DNA of 64,000 nucleotides from Tricharina praecox (GCF_024521635.1 NW_026250405.1:1674001-1738000), one strand, 5' to 3'; numbered from the stretch's first letter, positions 36,152 to 49,200 are shown. Program-made: numbers and translations. The notes: generated by a model from the sequence alone, not told the origin.

Positions 36152-37009
36152 TCATCCGACCATGTCTTCGTTTTCTTCGTGCGGTGGCGCCCGTGATCCC
36201 AACATCCAGTCTTCCATCGCTAGCCATTTCGACCACGACCCCTCCGCAGCCTCGATCTCGCCGTCATCGACTCTCCCTAGCGGCTTTAGGTACGGGATCG
36301 CTTCGTCCGTTACATCGTCGTAGTCCCTCTTCACGGCTGCCCACCCGCCGCTCTTCGCCGCGAATAAATAATTCCGTCGCTCCTGCTCGTGCAGCGGTCC
36401 CACGCCGGTCACCCAATCGTCGCCGAACCAGCCGTGGAGGATCGCGGGCACGTCGAAGCCCGTAGCGACCAGTCGCCGGATGTATGGGTGTAGCGATACC
36501 CATCCGTACTGCGACACCGTCGGATGACTGGCGATCGGCGAGGAGGGCGCGGGCCCGATGCCGCCGGATCCGGATCCCGAGGCGTACGCCGGTCGGTACA
36601 GCGAGTGTGGAGAGTTTGTGCGTGGAGGCACGAGTCCGCCTCCTTGAGAGCTCAATTGTGGTAGTGGATTGCCGCCGCGTTGGAACGGCAAACGGATGTT
36701 GATGAATGCAGCCAGAGCTTGGCAGGGATAGCTGTGCTGAGAGACTTCGACAAAGTACCGGAGGCAACTCTGATACTGTGGGTACCAGAGCAGGATGTCG
36801 AACTTTGGACCCTGATTGTTGGAAGATGACGCGCCGCCAGCGCCCCCCGCGCCTCCGGGCCGCCCACTGCCACCACCACCACCACCACCACCACCACCAC
36901 CGCCACTACCACCACCGCGGCTACCGCTTGGGCCTGCGGCACTCGACTGTCCGGCGAGGTCGCGAGGCGTTCCAAACGGAGACTGGGTCGGGCTGCGTCG
37001 GTACTCCAT
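36152..37009 (-). CDS. Conserved fungal protein of unknown function, 285 aa (family often auto-annotated 'Ilp is an apoptosis inhibitor')
   Basis: Intronless ORF with motifs I recall from Pezizomycotina homologs: FDILLWYPQYQSC, LAAFINIRLPFQR, PYIRRLVATGFD, LHGWFGDDW, ERRNYLFAAKSGGW, WLAMEDWM. Confidence 0.85.
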   Translation of the reverse strand: MEYRRSPTQSPFGTPRDLAGQSSAAGPSGSRGGGSGGGGGGGGGGGGSGRPGGAGGAGGASSSNNQGPKFDILLWYPQYQSCLRYFVEVSQHSYPCQALAAFINIRLPFQRGGNPLPQLSSQGGGLVPPRTNSPHSLYRPAYASGSGSGGIGPAPSSPIASHPTVSQYGWVSLHPYIRRLVATGFDVPAILHGWFGDDWVTGVGPLHEQERRNYLFAAKSGGWAAVKRDYDDVTDEAIPYLKPLGRVDDGEIEAAEGSWSKWLAMEDWMLGSRAPPHEENEDMVG

Positions 37010-40000
37010 GCGCGCAATTTGCGGTATCCGTTAAATCGAATCGGGAACGGAACGAATCGCGATCGAGATCGAGATCACCTCTGGAGAGCTGAAAACCCTT
37101 GCCTTGTCGGGCCTGGTCCGATGCAGAGGCTGAAAATAAACGGTGGTCAAAGCTTTCCGATATATTGTGGCTTGACTGGGTGTTGCCGGACAGACGGGAC
37201 GACGGACGACGGGGCTCGCAGTCGGTATCAATTGCGGGATTGGATTGGTGAGCAAGAGAGTGGAAGGCGCCGATATGGTTGGGGTTGAAGTTTGGTTCGG
37301 GTCGTTCTGTCGCAAGTTGTGGGTGGGCGAAGTCGAGTGTCGATTTCGGGTAATCAGGGTTTTCTATCTCGATCGTCCTCCTTCAAGTGGTGCAGAAATA
37401 TGTCGAGCTTGGTAGGGAGGGGGCTGACATTTGTGCACGTTCCTGGGTAGAACACTTTCGGGCTTGTCTCCACCTTATAAAATAATGACTTCTTCAACCG
37501 CCCCCCCGGGTTGTCGTTGTCTGTTGCCTGTTGTCTCGAGCAACAACTACTCTACTGTGCACAGGTAAGTCAGGTAAGTCCAACTGCAGATTTGGGGGGA
37601 GAAGCAGACCGGGCGATCCAACGGGGCACGGCCTGTGGTGCCTGATTTGTCGGTGGATTCTACCGACTTTGCCTACGTTACCCAGACTGAGCAATAATAG
37701 TGGCGGCGGCAAAAGAAAAGCAATCACCCTGGAAGCGAGACTAAAACTGCTCGAGTGTCTGATTCGCTCTCAGCTGGATCCTGAACGAAATTCTCCTGTA
37801 CCGGCGACTCTGCAAATGGGAGATCGGAAAGCAGTCCATATCTACTACCGGCAATTTGCAGGGAAAGTCCGTTTGTTAAGCTTGACGTTCGATGGGCGGG
37901 CGTTTTTCAGCTGAGTCTGCTACTCTAGTTACCTCGGACTCCGAGCTTTAGGTGGGTGCTTTTTTGACAGCATCTTTTCCTGCCCTGCATGAACAGGGAA
38001 TTTCGCGATGTGCTCCTACGCCGTGCCAAGCAACAGCTAGTGAACGGCGGTGGGCGCGATGCTTGCGTTCACAGCGTGGCGAAATGCGTTCCTGCATCTG
38101 CTCATGGGAATCTCCGTTGTCGAAGACCGGTATGTAGAGTGTCTGTTGGCCTTCTGTTGTCCTCCGACCGGGCCAGGAGCCTCTAACTAACTGCACACAT
38201 GCGCAGCAGAAGCAGAGCATGCGGAGTTCTCCATGGCGGATTGGCCCGACGCCGCCAGGTCCAGTAATTGTCACCGAGATCATGTCTACGGAGCTAGGGC
38301 ATACGTCGCCCATTACTCCATATGAATAATTCTTCTTGCGCCGGAGATCAACGTTTTGACGCAGTTGATTAGTTGGGACAGGCGACATGCGGGCCTGACT
38401 ACGTGTGCGTGCGGAGCTGCCAACCTGTCTCTGGTCTGCTGCGGAACTTTCCGACGTCGCACTCCGCAGTTCGGGTCCGCCCCGTAGCGAGTGATTTGCG
38501 TCGCACACTGGTGATTGCGGTTCGGTGGATCGCGAGCGCGAGGGACGGTTTGCGACTGTTGATCAATTACTCGACACCGAAGAGTCGACGACGCTTTCCT
38601 TCCTAAACGCCAAGGTTACACTCGAGGAAGTTTTTCTGTACGCCATGATATGTTAACTAATGGCATGTGCCGCTGTGGTGGCCGTGGCCGTTATAGATAT
38701 CCTGGCGAACTTGCCAACCAACTAGCTGCTGATTGGCCGGATCTCAAGCAACTGCTTGGCGGCAGCCAGCGACCGCCGACAATCGATAACATGCATGTAG
38801 ACCCGCGGGTGCCCGCAGAAGACCGCAAAGAGAGCGCAAACACGCAATTGCCAATACAACTCTACATGTTCGTGCAACGATCCTTCCATGCAGGGGCTGG
38901 AGGATCATCATAGTGATCGTTAGTACTCCGATAATTACTGGGCGGCAAGATATAGGCCGCCGTTCTTTCGTCAGCCTTCCGCACCGGAGTTATCGATTAC
39001 ACCGCTCGCTCTTCTCCGAGCCCCGTCGTCGACGTCCGTGCTCGTACATACTTCGATTTACTTCCATTGCTCTCTCGGTAGCTGGCTTTTTTTTCGCCAC
39101 CCGCAAGGCAAATCGTCTACTCAGCTGTCTTGCGCCCCGGCCTTTCTATTTCTTAGGGCACTGAGAAACCGGGCTCCGCTTCGACTATCATGGAGTTATC
39201 GACTAACTTCCCCCTTCATATAGGAGAATGGTGTGCGAGTGATACCGTGCAGCCGCTGATCGGTGTCTTAGATGTCAAATGGAAGGGAGAGGAATCTTTT
39301 CTCGACGAGATGGATCTTTCGGATTCGATGGCGACTACGGTTGCATGGGGGGTGGGGGGAAGGAGCTACATACGCAATAGCTGTCCGGATGGGCGGATGG
39401 CGAGCGGGCGAAAAGTCCGCGTTTTCCCTTCGACAGCCAAAGACCTCAGAGACATAGGGAGCAAGGAAGGGAATCGGCATCGGTTCGCACGGCTCCGAAG
39501 GGAGCTCATTTCGGAGTGGGCGTCTGCATGTCGAAATGCTGTCCAGTGTACTCTACATTGGGTATTCCTTCTTGCTGGTTCCCCACGCCGAGAGATGGCA
39601 CGGTGCTACAGCACTGCAACTGGGCGTTTACACTCATGTCGGGCAGAATGGATGTTGCCTTGGGCGAGGCCCGTTGGGGGACCGATCTACGAGAATACAT
39701 GTGCTCGGTTGACCAATGGATCGCCAGAGATTGTGGAGACAGGGAAGGCAACACCGTCTGTTGAGCAGCAAACTACTCCGGAATCAACCTTATTAGCCAT
39801 GAGGTGCCAGACATCTCGCCAGCCAGCCAGCCAACCAGCCAGCCAACTAGTATGCAGAGGTTACAATTACTGTTTGCTGGTCTGGCCGAGGTGATGAGGC
39901 TGCGAGAGTGGTGTGGGGGCAGTATTGTATGCTGCAGATGAAACCACTCGTAAGTGGACTTCTCAAAGGTTGTCCAGGGACATGGTCATGACCATGACCG

Positions 40001-41834
40001 ACCATCTTGTCTTGTCCATCCAGGCAGCTCTCCCGACTCTTCATCATGTCGGTAGATTTCGAGGTGTCTGGGAGCAGCGCAATGACGGACAGTCCGACCA
40101 TGGGATGATTGCTGTTCCAGTCGGTTGAGGTTGTTTCGACCCTTTCCGGATCCAGAAATCCGACAGAAAGAAGAAATGTCTCTCTCTCCCTCCCTCCCTC
40201 TCGTTCTTCCTGCGGACTCGAGGGGTTGACTCGCTTTCCCTCCCTCCAACGGAGGCGTCGTACGATAGACACGATGGCTGGCGATGGGGGAAGATGGCTG
40301 CCGGCGTATGCCTGTTGGACAAGTCGCACCTGTCGTTCGCCAGATGGACTGAAGGAGCAGAGTGAGGGGATGCTTCACAGAGAAACCCCTGCGAATCTGG
40401 TGGCGGTGGTTGGTGAGATTCGATTCCAGCGGATGAGCGATGCAGCGCTTTCAGTGCTGTCCGTCCCTAGTTTACTGTTTTTCTCTATTCCAGTCCTCCA
40501 TCTACCTGCTGTCACTATCCCCTCTCTTCCTCTCCCCATCGTTATCTCTCTTGTGGCCAACCACCCCTTCTCTTGGCGTCTTCCTCACAATCATCGAGAT
40601 TCCTCTGAATACGCCGTCTGAACGGGCGCGACTAAATCTTCTCGAGGAGGTGCTGTCACCGACCGCTGGCAGCTGTGGCAACGGACAACGCACGGATTCA
40701 CAGTTCTCCCACCTCCGTGCTCTCCCACCCACCTTCATGCTCAAAGTTTTCACCTCCGAATCCCCTGAACCCGAAGTTGTTCGCACTCGACATGATGAAG
40801 CTTCTCATAATCGATCACCCGCAGCTCTTCGTCCGATTACCAGCCGTTGATTCTGCCCTCCGCCGATCCTCGTCGCACGTCTGTCGCTTCGGTTTACCAG
40901 AGGGTAGAGCACTGTACCATCTTCCGTTCATCCCACACTTCAGACATGTCTACTGTCTACTGGCAAGGCTTGTACCTAGTCCTACTCGCAGGTGTTTTCG
41001 CCGGTGGATATTTCTTTATCCGAACCGCAGATGGTACAGGTGGGTAGAGGAACCCCTCCGCGAAGCAGAGCATATTCGAAGCGGCAGCGCTAACGATACC
41101 ACTCCTCGATCGTGAGCTCGCTTCTATCCCGCTCTCTACCCAGCGCCGTCTGTTGCGAAACAGCGAAACAGCGAAAATACCAGTCGTCCGCCGACGAAGT
41201 CGCTTATCGACGTCAGCACTCTTCCACACCGACTACATGTAGAGAAGCTTCTCCCGTCCGAACCACCTGTTTACCAGCTCCTATGCCCTAAAGAAGTTCC
41301 AAACAAGAAGCAAAGAACCTGCCGTTTCACCGGTGCCAGAGTTTGAGCGAGTGATATTGTGTGAGGCACTCTATGAAAATCGAACTGAAGCCGGCTGTCG
41401 ATTGCTATATACTGTACTCTGATCTCCCCGCGTAGCGTCCCATCGTACTTCCTCCACCGTGCTCGTACATAACACTTCGTCCGAAGATCGAGAGCCACGG
41501 TCCGGTATTGGATCGGAGCGAAGAGCTGTCAATGAGTTACCGAGATAGTGGCGTGCTAGACACAAACATCACCAACAATGCCGTGTGCTCGCATAGTACC
41601 AGTGACTACATCTTAGTCGATCGTGTACAGAAAGTTGCGAAGGACCCTAAGTCTCTGTCGTAGCAGTTACTGTTATTCGCAAAGAAAATACTCGGCCATC
41701 GGGGCTCTCTAAATCGGGCGTCGCGGATGGTATTCGCCCAAGTTCCAACCGGACTTTTGACTCCTACTGCCCTACCTCTACCACCGTGACCGAACACGCA
41801 TCCTCCCCCTTCGACGTCCTCCCGCGTCGGATAA

Positions 41835-42156
41835 CCCAGCAGCCTGTAGCTCGAAGACTGGGGACAGCCACGGACAGCTAGCTATCTGAACGCCGCCAGC
41901 GCTGGAAACAGTCCGTTGGAAACCGTCAGCTGCAGTCGGTTACTTGGAAATGTGACATTACATAATAGGACTGCACCTCGTGAGGAAAAAAACAGAAACA
42001 CTGCGCACTCAGCCACGTCCAACCGCGGTTAGTTAGCCCAGCCTGTCGCTCGGACAGCTACGGACAGCTAGCTATTCGAACGGGCGCCGCGGGCGCTGGA
42101 AATCGTAAACCGGCTGCGGCAGTCGGCGACTCGGAAATCAGACATTAAATAGTAGG
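41835..42156. repeat. Diverged ~125-bp direct duplication (41835-41969, 42037-42156)
   Basis: Shared CAGCCTGT.GCTCG...GGACAGC.ACGGACAGCTAGCTAT...GCGCTGGAAA...GCAGTCGG...GGAAAT...GACATTA. Confidence 0.75.
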
Positions 42157-43039
42157 CTGGGTTCTTGGGGTGGGACTGCACGCATCACCATCCAGGCCTT
42201 ACAGTCACCGAGTCACGGCATCCCCGCATTGATCTTGGCCCCACTGAACCTTAGACTTCACCGATAAGTACGCCGAAATGGGAAGCAACGTCCGCAGTGT
42301 CACTATCGGTGAACCCACGGATGGGCCGGGATGACGCGGATCGACGCCACGCTCTCGTGGACGTGGACAATTTCGATGAAGCTATTACACTGTAGAGATT
42401 TCTCTCACATACCAGGCCCATCGTAAAAAGCGATACGCTCAGTCAAAATCATGAAGACTTAAGCCCAAGAATGGAACTATAGTCCATCCCTGACGTACGT
42501 TGGTGGTGGGGACGTAGGATTTGAGGAAGATGGAAAGGTTATCCGATCTCTAACCACCGTTCAGAGTTCCACCTAATGGACACTTCTAGCTGGAAATCTA
42601 GCTATGCAGGTCGCACACGATTAACGATTGGCAAAAAAGAAAATAAAAAACCTCCAGCCAGCTTAACCCTATGGCATCCAGTATTCTCATCCTTCAGACG
42701 TCATCTGTGGCATCTCTCGTAGCTCCCCATCTAATCCACCAGCCAGTCCCATCTTATCGGATCTTTCCATCTCCCCGTGCCACTTGATGGCAGACAACAG
42801 TTGCCCTAAGTGATAGATACTTTGTATGTTGCTTAGCGCCACACTCACCCGCAGCCCTTGAATGCTGAAAACGCTAGCCCTCAGAGCCCTCGGAGCCCTC
42901 GGAGCCCTCGGAGCCCACAAAACCCTCAACCCGCAGTCCACACGCTCACCATCTCTTGCAAATAATCATCACTTACCTATTACACCAAAGACGAAAAACA
43001 ACCTTTACAACCATCAACAGTCGACAGCCACAAACCACG

Positions 43040-43515
43040 ATGAACAACAACGATAACCCCCCCATTAGCCACGCCGCCGACGGCAATAGCTCCAACGACA
43101 AGCTTACTCCCGACGGCAAGATCACGAACGACAAGCTTACTCCCGAGGAGAAGATATTACAGATGCAGGTATGGCTTCAACCCCTTTGTTAGTATTACCG
43201 AAGTCTAACTCCCCAAAGCCGACCCTTGAGGAGCTGACAGCGCGCCGCCGCGAGGTTGCGAATGAGATGTGCCGGAGGGACGTCGAGCTTTCTGTCATCG
43301 AGAAGGCTCTCAATGCGAAGCTGCAGGAGCCGGATGCCAAGGAAGAGGATATACAGGCCTTGGTCAACGAGATTTCAATCAAGACGGAGGAATTCGACGA
43401 AACGATGGCCGAGTCCACTCGCGTCGGAGCCAAGGTCGAACGTATCAAGCTCGATATGTACAAGCTGGTTGTGGAGGCGGAGAAATTGGACAAGGAAAAG
43501 GCGGGAGAGGCTTAG
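43040..43515 (+). CDS. Small coiled-coil hypothetical protein, ~141 aa; exons 43040-43168, 43219-43515
   Basis: ATG at 43040; phase-0 intron GTATGG...TCTAAC...AAG (43169-43218) joins to an E/K-rich heptad-like exon. Confidence 0.65.
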
Positions 43516-44387
43516 CTGAGAGTCTGGTGCTGCCTCACAGTGTGTCCCCTGGACTGGTTACATGATACCTAGGCCAGCTATTGACAACACTTCCGAATAC
43601 CAGTGTCCTTCATTCCTAGAAGTCCCTACTGCGTGAATAGATCGTGTAAACAAAAAATCTGACTATGTACAATCAGGAAGAGAATACAATAGAAATCGGA
43701 CGCCCAATGCCCTTCCGCGACGGACCCACTTTGCCAATACCGTGCCCTCAAGCCTGTGCCCCTCCCTTCCGTGTCGTATCTCTCCCCCACCACCGCTGCA
43801 ATCCCCGCTACTTCCAGCTCTAGCTCTAGATCACTTGGGTTGCGGACGTTTACTGCATTCGCTTTCCGCTCATCGATCATTCCCGTTTGTGGACAACCTT
43901 CTCGAGTTGGCCTTTCTGCCAGTCCCAAAACTTGCTCATGCCCGCCAGCTCCGCCCGCACTTCGTAGGCCTTACTGACAAAGAGCGTCTTCGGTTCGTTC
44001 TGCCCCTCTGCTGCCGCCCCGCTGTCATCTCTCCCGAACTGCCAGCGCTGCCAGGGCAGTCTAAACTCCGCCACGCCCTGAACCTCACAGGAATTCTCCC
44101 AAGCAAGCCTCCCAATCCCCCTCCCCAATCGCCCCAATCCGCATACCAAAGAAATCGATTCTTTGAGAGTTATCTCACAGTCCCGTAGGTATCTGAGAGG
44201 TATGTATGAGCCTCGGATCGATTTAATCGAACGTTTCTACTCTATTTGTGCGGTAGATGTCCAGTTTAGCCGATTAGTCGGCCTTCTCGTTTCCGGTTTC
44301 CGGTGGCACCTTTGTGTGCCGGACACCATCTGATCGCAATCATGATATTTTGTTTCCCCGCAGAAGGGCGACGACGTGGTTCCATGT

Positions 44388-44657
44388 AACTAATCGCGCT
44401 GCACGATTTCTGCATCATCTGTTATCACTCGTAAAGCGAGTGATATACCGTGGTAGGCCTCACCAAAAGCCCGTACGGCCTCCTCCTGGGCACCCAATGT
44501 AACTACACGATAACGACTGATATTGCGAGGGTGCTAACCGTGCTGCACGATTACTACATCATTTGCGATCACTCCTAGAGCGAGTGATCTAGAGTGCTAG
44601 ACCCAGCAAAAGTCCGTGCTGAGGTGGGGAACCAACGCCAAAAACAAAAACCATCAC
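44388..44657 (+). repeat. Two partial tandem copies of repeat family B
   Basis: GCTGCACGATT.CT.CATCAT...ATCACTC...AGCGAGTGAT occurs twice (hairpins at ~44423-44445 and ~44567-44589); the second continues into GGGGAACCAACGCCAAAAACAAAAACC. Confidence 0.8.
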
Positions 44658-44733
44658 AATAGCGTGCACAAACAAGTGGTTGAAATTATGCGCTCGTACA
44701 TACATCCATCGAAAAACAACCACCACCGCGCCG

Positions 44734-45152
44734 CTAATTAAAGCCCTGAATCCAATAATGCGCCTCAACGCCGTTGTAGCTCCAGTCCCAGCGGCCCCCA
44801 TTCCTTCCGGAGCCGACAACGCACTGGGAGATGATGTGGTGAACGCATCCTGTGTATCATATATTCGCCAGTCAGCATACGATATACCCAATCGATTACC
44901 TGGAGTGAGATATCGAGAGCCCTCACCCGACAGTGGACCTTGGCGGTGCCCTCGTAGTGCCCCTGGATGATCCTCGGCCAGTAGAACGGGAAGCCGGTGG
45001 TGCCGAACTGTATCTGCGCGTCCGGCCCGACGCTGCACACTTGGTTGGCGACTTGCTGGAACTGCGCAGCGCTGAAGCCGTTGTTTCCGCTGCTGAAGCA
45101 GTCGGCCGCCAGCACTGTGGTGGTCGCGGTGAGGGAGGGAAAGCTTGGTCAT
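44734..45152 (-). pseudogene. Small secreted cysteine-containing protein gene with two frameshifts
   Basis: TATA-like TATATAAA near 45220-45228; ATG 45152; intron GTGAGG...GCTGAC...CAG (44926-44850). Reconstructed MTKLSL/LTATTTVLAADCFSSG...QVC...VHCR|DAF/HIISQCVVGSGRNGGRWDWSYNGVEAHYWIQGFN* needs a frame change near 45135 and near 44840. Confidence 0.65.
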
Positions 45153-46776
45153 AGCTGTAGTGGGATGAGTGGTTGTTGGAGTGGATGTTCTCGCTGGATG
45201 GGAGGCCGCTGCTACTGGGTTTATATAGTCCTCGGTGGGGCGGACCTCCAATGAAAGCAGGTAAGAAAGACGGGAATGCTCAAGAGCTCGTGCGCCATGG
45301 CGGCTCGTTCTTACGTACAATGTAGGTACCATACCGTATGTTCAGTAATCCACATACCGTGTATCTATGGTTTATTTACACAACATCTCCAGATGGGAGC
45401 GGTAGATTAATCATGTTTCGGGAGTTTGGTACGCAGCTCCGGTCGCTTCGCTACAGGTCCGAAACCGTCCTCCTTTTACACTCTAGTAACCACTACCATT
45501 TCTTCAGGCAACCACAACAATTCCCATGTTGCTACGCCATTGGCTCAGCACGGGAAGGTCGAGTTGAACATCACTGCGCTGCAACCATCCGTGGTAGTAT
45601 TTACTGATTACTCGTAGGCGCTAGAGTACCCGGGTGCGGGAAATGCGCTGCAGCGCGCGAGCTCTGGATATGCTGTCTACAGGAGGTGGCCGGCAGGATG
45701 CCGCAGATTATTCATACGAAAATCGACGCGAGACTTCAGGTTTCAGGGTCCGCGATAATTACTGATCGAGGGGATTTAAGCTATTCCAAAAGCCTTGGTA
45801 TGTAGTGAGCTAAGATATCGCAAAGCCCAGTTATGGGAGTCTAGGGTACGGTAGGGCAGGCAGAGTGATTTCCTGTGAATCGCGCTTACCCCATGGTCAC
45901 CAGTATTGGTAGTGGCAGTATTCCCAAAGCGCCCTGGTGAGAGCGCACTCAAAACCGGCGGTCATATCCCGTGCTACTAGTAGGTAGGCCGTGTGCGTAG
46001 GCATCCATCAGTAAGTCCTAGCAAATCTCAGCATATCTAGAGTATATGTAACACAGGTATCACAGGTAAAACGACGTTCTCCAGGCACCAGCGCACACCA
46101 GGTGCGACCCGCGGGTTGAGGGCGTACGCCTGCCTGCGTACGACGTCGGGCAAGAGCCCGAGACTCGGAGGATTGTCGCGTGATGCGGGTTCGTATACGG
46201 GTCGTATAATGATGTGCTGATCGGAGCCTCGGGATCCACCGACCTTAGTCGGCTGCGTTTCTCAGCCGAATACCGGTATCGGTCAATTGCAGCTGCCAAG
46301 TAATTATCTAGAACCACTTCCGTGGTGGTGGGGGACCGTGATCGATAGAGGACGTAAAAACGGCAAACGTCTAAACTGCCATAGTTTTCGACCCCTGTAG
46401 TCTAAAATGCCAGTTTTTCGACTGTATTTTTTTTGAGTAGGTCACCTCCAGTATTAAGACAATTTATCCGTGTAGAGCTGGTGTGCGCAGCCTCACCGGT
46501 TTTAATCGTATTAATCGTACATATCCGCGGCTGCCTTTCCCGCTCTGCGATACAATGAGCAACGTTGGTTATCACTCGCTTTTTGAGTCATTGTTTAGCA
46601 CTCGCTCGATCATTCTTTGTCACGTGTGTCATTCACAGGTTGTTTTACTGCTCAATGCTGTGGCTAGGAGCTGTGTGTCTTGTAATTTATGAAGGTACTC
46701 TCCTTTTCTGTACCAAGACTATTAATCTATCTCTTATCGTCGTTCGAAAGTTGAACACATTTCATACTTTTCCCAC

Positions 46777-47082
46777 AGAGAGAGAGAACATCAATTTATT
46801 GTCGCATGCAGCCTTACTAGACTATGGCGACCACCAACTTCCCAATCTTTCCTGCCAGCTCCGCGGGGTCGAGAGAAAGCTCTACCACCACGGCTCGATG
46901 CTGCGCCTCATACGTTTCCCACCTTATTCTCAACAGAGCAATATGGGAGCAGCGCGATTGATAGATGGTGACGCCAGCACGTGGCTCGAGTGAGTGCGAT
47001 AGAATGCAGCGAGTGATGTACTAATAGTACTATAGAAGACCTATCGAGAGCGATGCGGAATAAACTGAAGATCTCTCTCTCT
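46777..47082. mobile_element. MITE-like element (~306 bp) with ~30-bp imperfect terminal inverted repeats
   Basis: Left AGAGAGAGAGAACATCAATTTATTGTCGCAT; right end reverse-complements to AGAGAGAGAGATCTTCAGTTTATTCCGCAT; third copy of the end at ~30168-30202. No clear TSD. Confidence 0.65.
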
Positions 47083-47279
47083 TCTATGGAGGGCGATTAC
47101 CTCGGGAGGAAGCTTTTGGATGAGAGATACTACGAAGGGGAAGATATGAAGCTGACGACGAAAGAAGCCGTGCAATCAGCAGGCCCTGGCGGGGTCCGCG
47201 CGGGTTCTAGAATCACCTATGGATGCCAATTGTCAAATTGAAATACTTTGAACTTTGCGTCCATTTGCTATGTCTTGCT

Positions 47280-47356
47280 GTTAATCGCACGTGTTTTACC
47301 GTTAATCGCACGCATTTTGCTGTTAATCGCACGTGTATTGGACGCGTGCGATTAAC
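47280..47356. repeat. GTTAATCGCACG x3 at 21-bp period plus one inverted copy
   Basis: Copies at 47280, 47301, 47322; CGTGCGATTAAC at 47345-47356. Confidence 0.9.
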
Positions 47357-48279
47357 GGCCGAGCACGCATGGGTTGTTTGCTATAGTAAAGGGCGCATGT
47401 GACTCCGAAGTCGTGTTTTTCCCAACTCCTCGGGCCGCAGCAGCGCGAGACTTCTGTCGTCGTCGTCGTCGTTCATTGCCGGTTGAGCCGCAGAGCGACA
47501 CACAGGAGATGGTGACCTCCGCTACTCTACTCTAGCGTAGTTAGAGTAGCCATGGCGGTTGAGAACGACGACCTGCAAGGCTGCACCGCCACTTCCCGAG
47601 TCACAACAGCCGCAGCTCTCGCCTCAGCCCCTGCACATATAGTATCGACATAACGCCACTCATAGCTTGCATGCCGCTACGACGTCGCCGAACATTCGGA
47701 TCGGCTTCTTCGATTACTAGTTATGCACCAATCAGCACCTTGTAAATTGCAATACGGATAGAGAAAGGAGATGCTCTTCTAGTTACACTCACGGTCGTGC
47801 TCGATGGTGAAGACGGTCGTCTCGGGAGTCATGACCCGAGTAAGGCACCGGGTGTGAGGCACGAAGGAAGAGGCGGTTTGGCGTCATCGGTGAGCACCGG
47901 AGAGAGGAGACCTCGTTGAGACCCTGCTGAGACCTTGTATTTGGGAGGAGAGATTTGCTGGGACCTGCTGGGACCTGCTAGGACCTATGAGTTATGGAGG
48001 GAGGAACCGACGCAGACCCGATGCGGTCGTTGAACGTTGAAGTATTTCTGTTGTCACTAGCTCTGTTCTTCAGTCAGTGGATAAGAGCATCAGTTCAATC
48101 TCAGTATTTTATATGACTATAGTACCGGGGTGAATGCTGATTTTATATCACTACGGGCCGGTTTATATGCAGTAATCCAGTGTGTCTCACATTGAACTTC
48201 TATCTAGTATTCTATCTACTTCCTTCATTATTTAATATTCTTTCTAGCCTGTGCCAAGTGGATATATTGCGCCGAAGGG

Positions 48280-49200
48280 AATGGAGAATAGAGTTGCTGC
48301 TAGAAAAGCTATGAGAGAGAAGCTATCAGCGAGGGTAGATTTGCAGCCAGAGTAGATTTGCAGCCAGAGTAGAGTTGCGCCGAGAGTAGAGTTGCGCCGA
48401 GAGTAGAGTTGCGCCGAGAGTAGAGTTGCGCCGAGAAAAGCTATGAGAGAGAAGCTATCAGCGAGGGTAAATTTGCGGCCAGAGACGAGGGTAGAATTGC
48501 GGCGATAAGACCTATAAGAGAGAAGCTATCAGCATGTGTATGAGCCGCGGCGGAAGGAATGGTTGGGCCGAGATGAGTGGAGAATAGAGTTGCGCCGAAA
48601 GTAGACTTGCGGCAAGAAAAGCTATGAGAGAGAAGCTATCAGCGAGAGTAAGTAGTTGCTGCGGAAGGGGGAATAGCAATTGCGGCGGGAGTGGGAATAG
48701 CAATGGCGGCGAAGAGAGCTATAAGACTGAGGTGCTATTAGCGGCAGTAATAGTGGCGGCGGGAAGGGGAATAGCAGTGGCGGCGAGGGTAGAGCTGCGG
48801 GAGAGAAGCATCAGCGAGAGTAGCAGTGGTGGCGGGAGGGAGAATAGTAGTGGTGGCGGGAGGGGGAATAGAATTGTGGTGGGAGTAACAGTTGCGGCGG
48901 GAGTAGAAGCTGCAGCGAGAAGAACTAGAAAACAGATCAGCATCAGCGAGAGTAGAAGTTGAGGCAGTAGGGGGAATAGCAGTTTCGACGGGAATAGCAG
49001 TTGCGGCGGGCGTGGGAGCTATAAGAGAGAGAAGATATCAGCAAGAGATCGAGAGAAGCTATCATTGAAAGGAAGTGGAGGAGCTGTCTGTGAGGAAGCG
49101 GAGTGATGGAGGAAGTAGCAGAGGAGCTGTCAGCGGGTGGACTTGTCAGCGAGAGGAAGTGGAGGAGCTGTCTGTGAAGGTGGGAGTGATGGAGGAAGTG
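48280..49200. repeat. Purine-rich degenerate compound minisatellite
   Basis: Units AGAGTAGAGTTGCGCCG; AAAAGCTATGAGAGAGAAGCTATCAGCGAG recurring at ~48304, 48436, 48617; GGAAGTGGAGGAGCTGTCTGTGA twice. Confidence 0.75.

Noticed and set aside
39190..41430. Several 130-234 aa ORFs and a short TM-like peptide (MSTVYWQGLYLVLLAGVFAGGYFF)
   Set aside because: No consistent exon chain or recognisable family; may be gene relics but cannot be supported by eye.
43626..44149. Minus-strand protein-like fragments
   Set aside because: Split over frames with no start or splice model and no recognised homology.
47280..47356. CRISPR-like repeat-spacer appearance
   Set aside because: Repeats 12 bp and spacers 9 bp, eukaryotic context, no cas genes.
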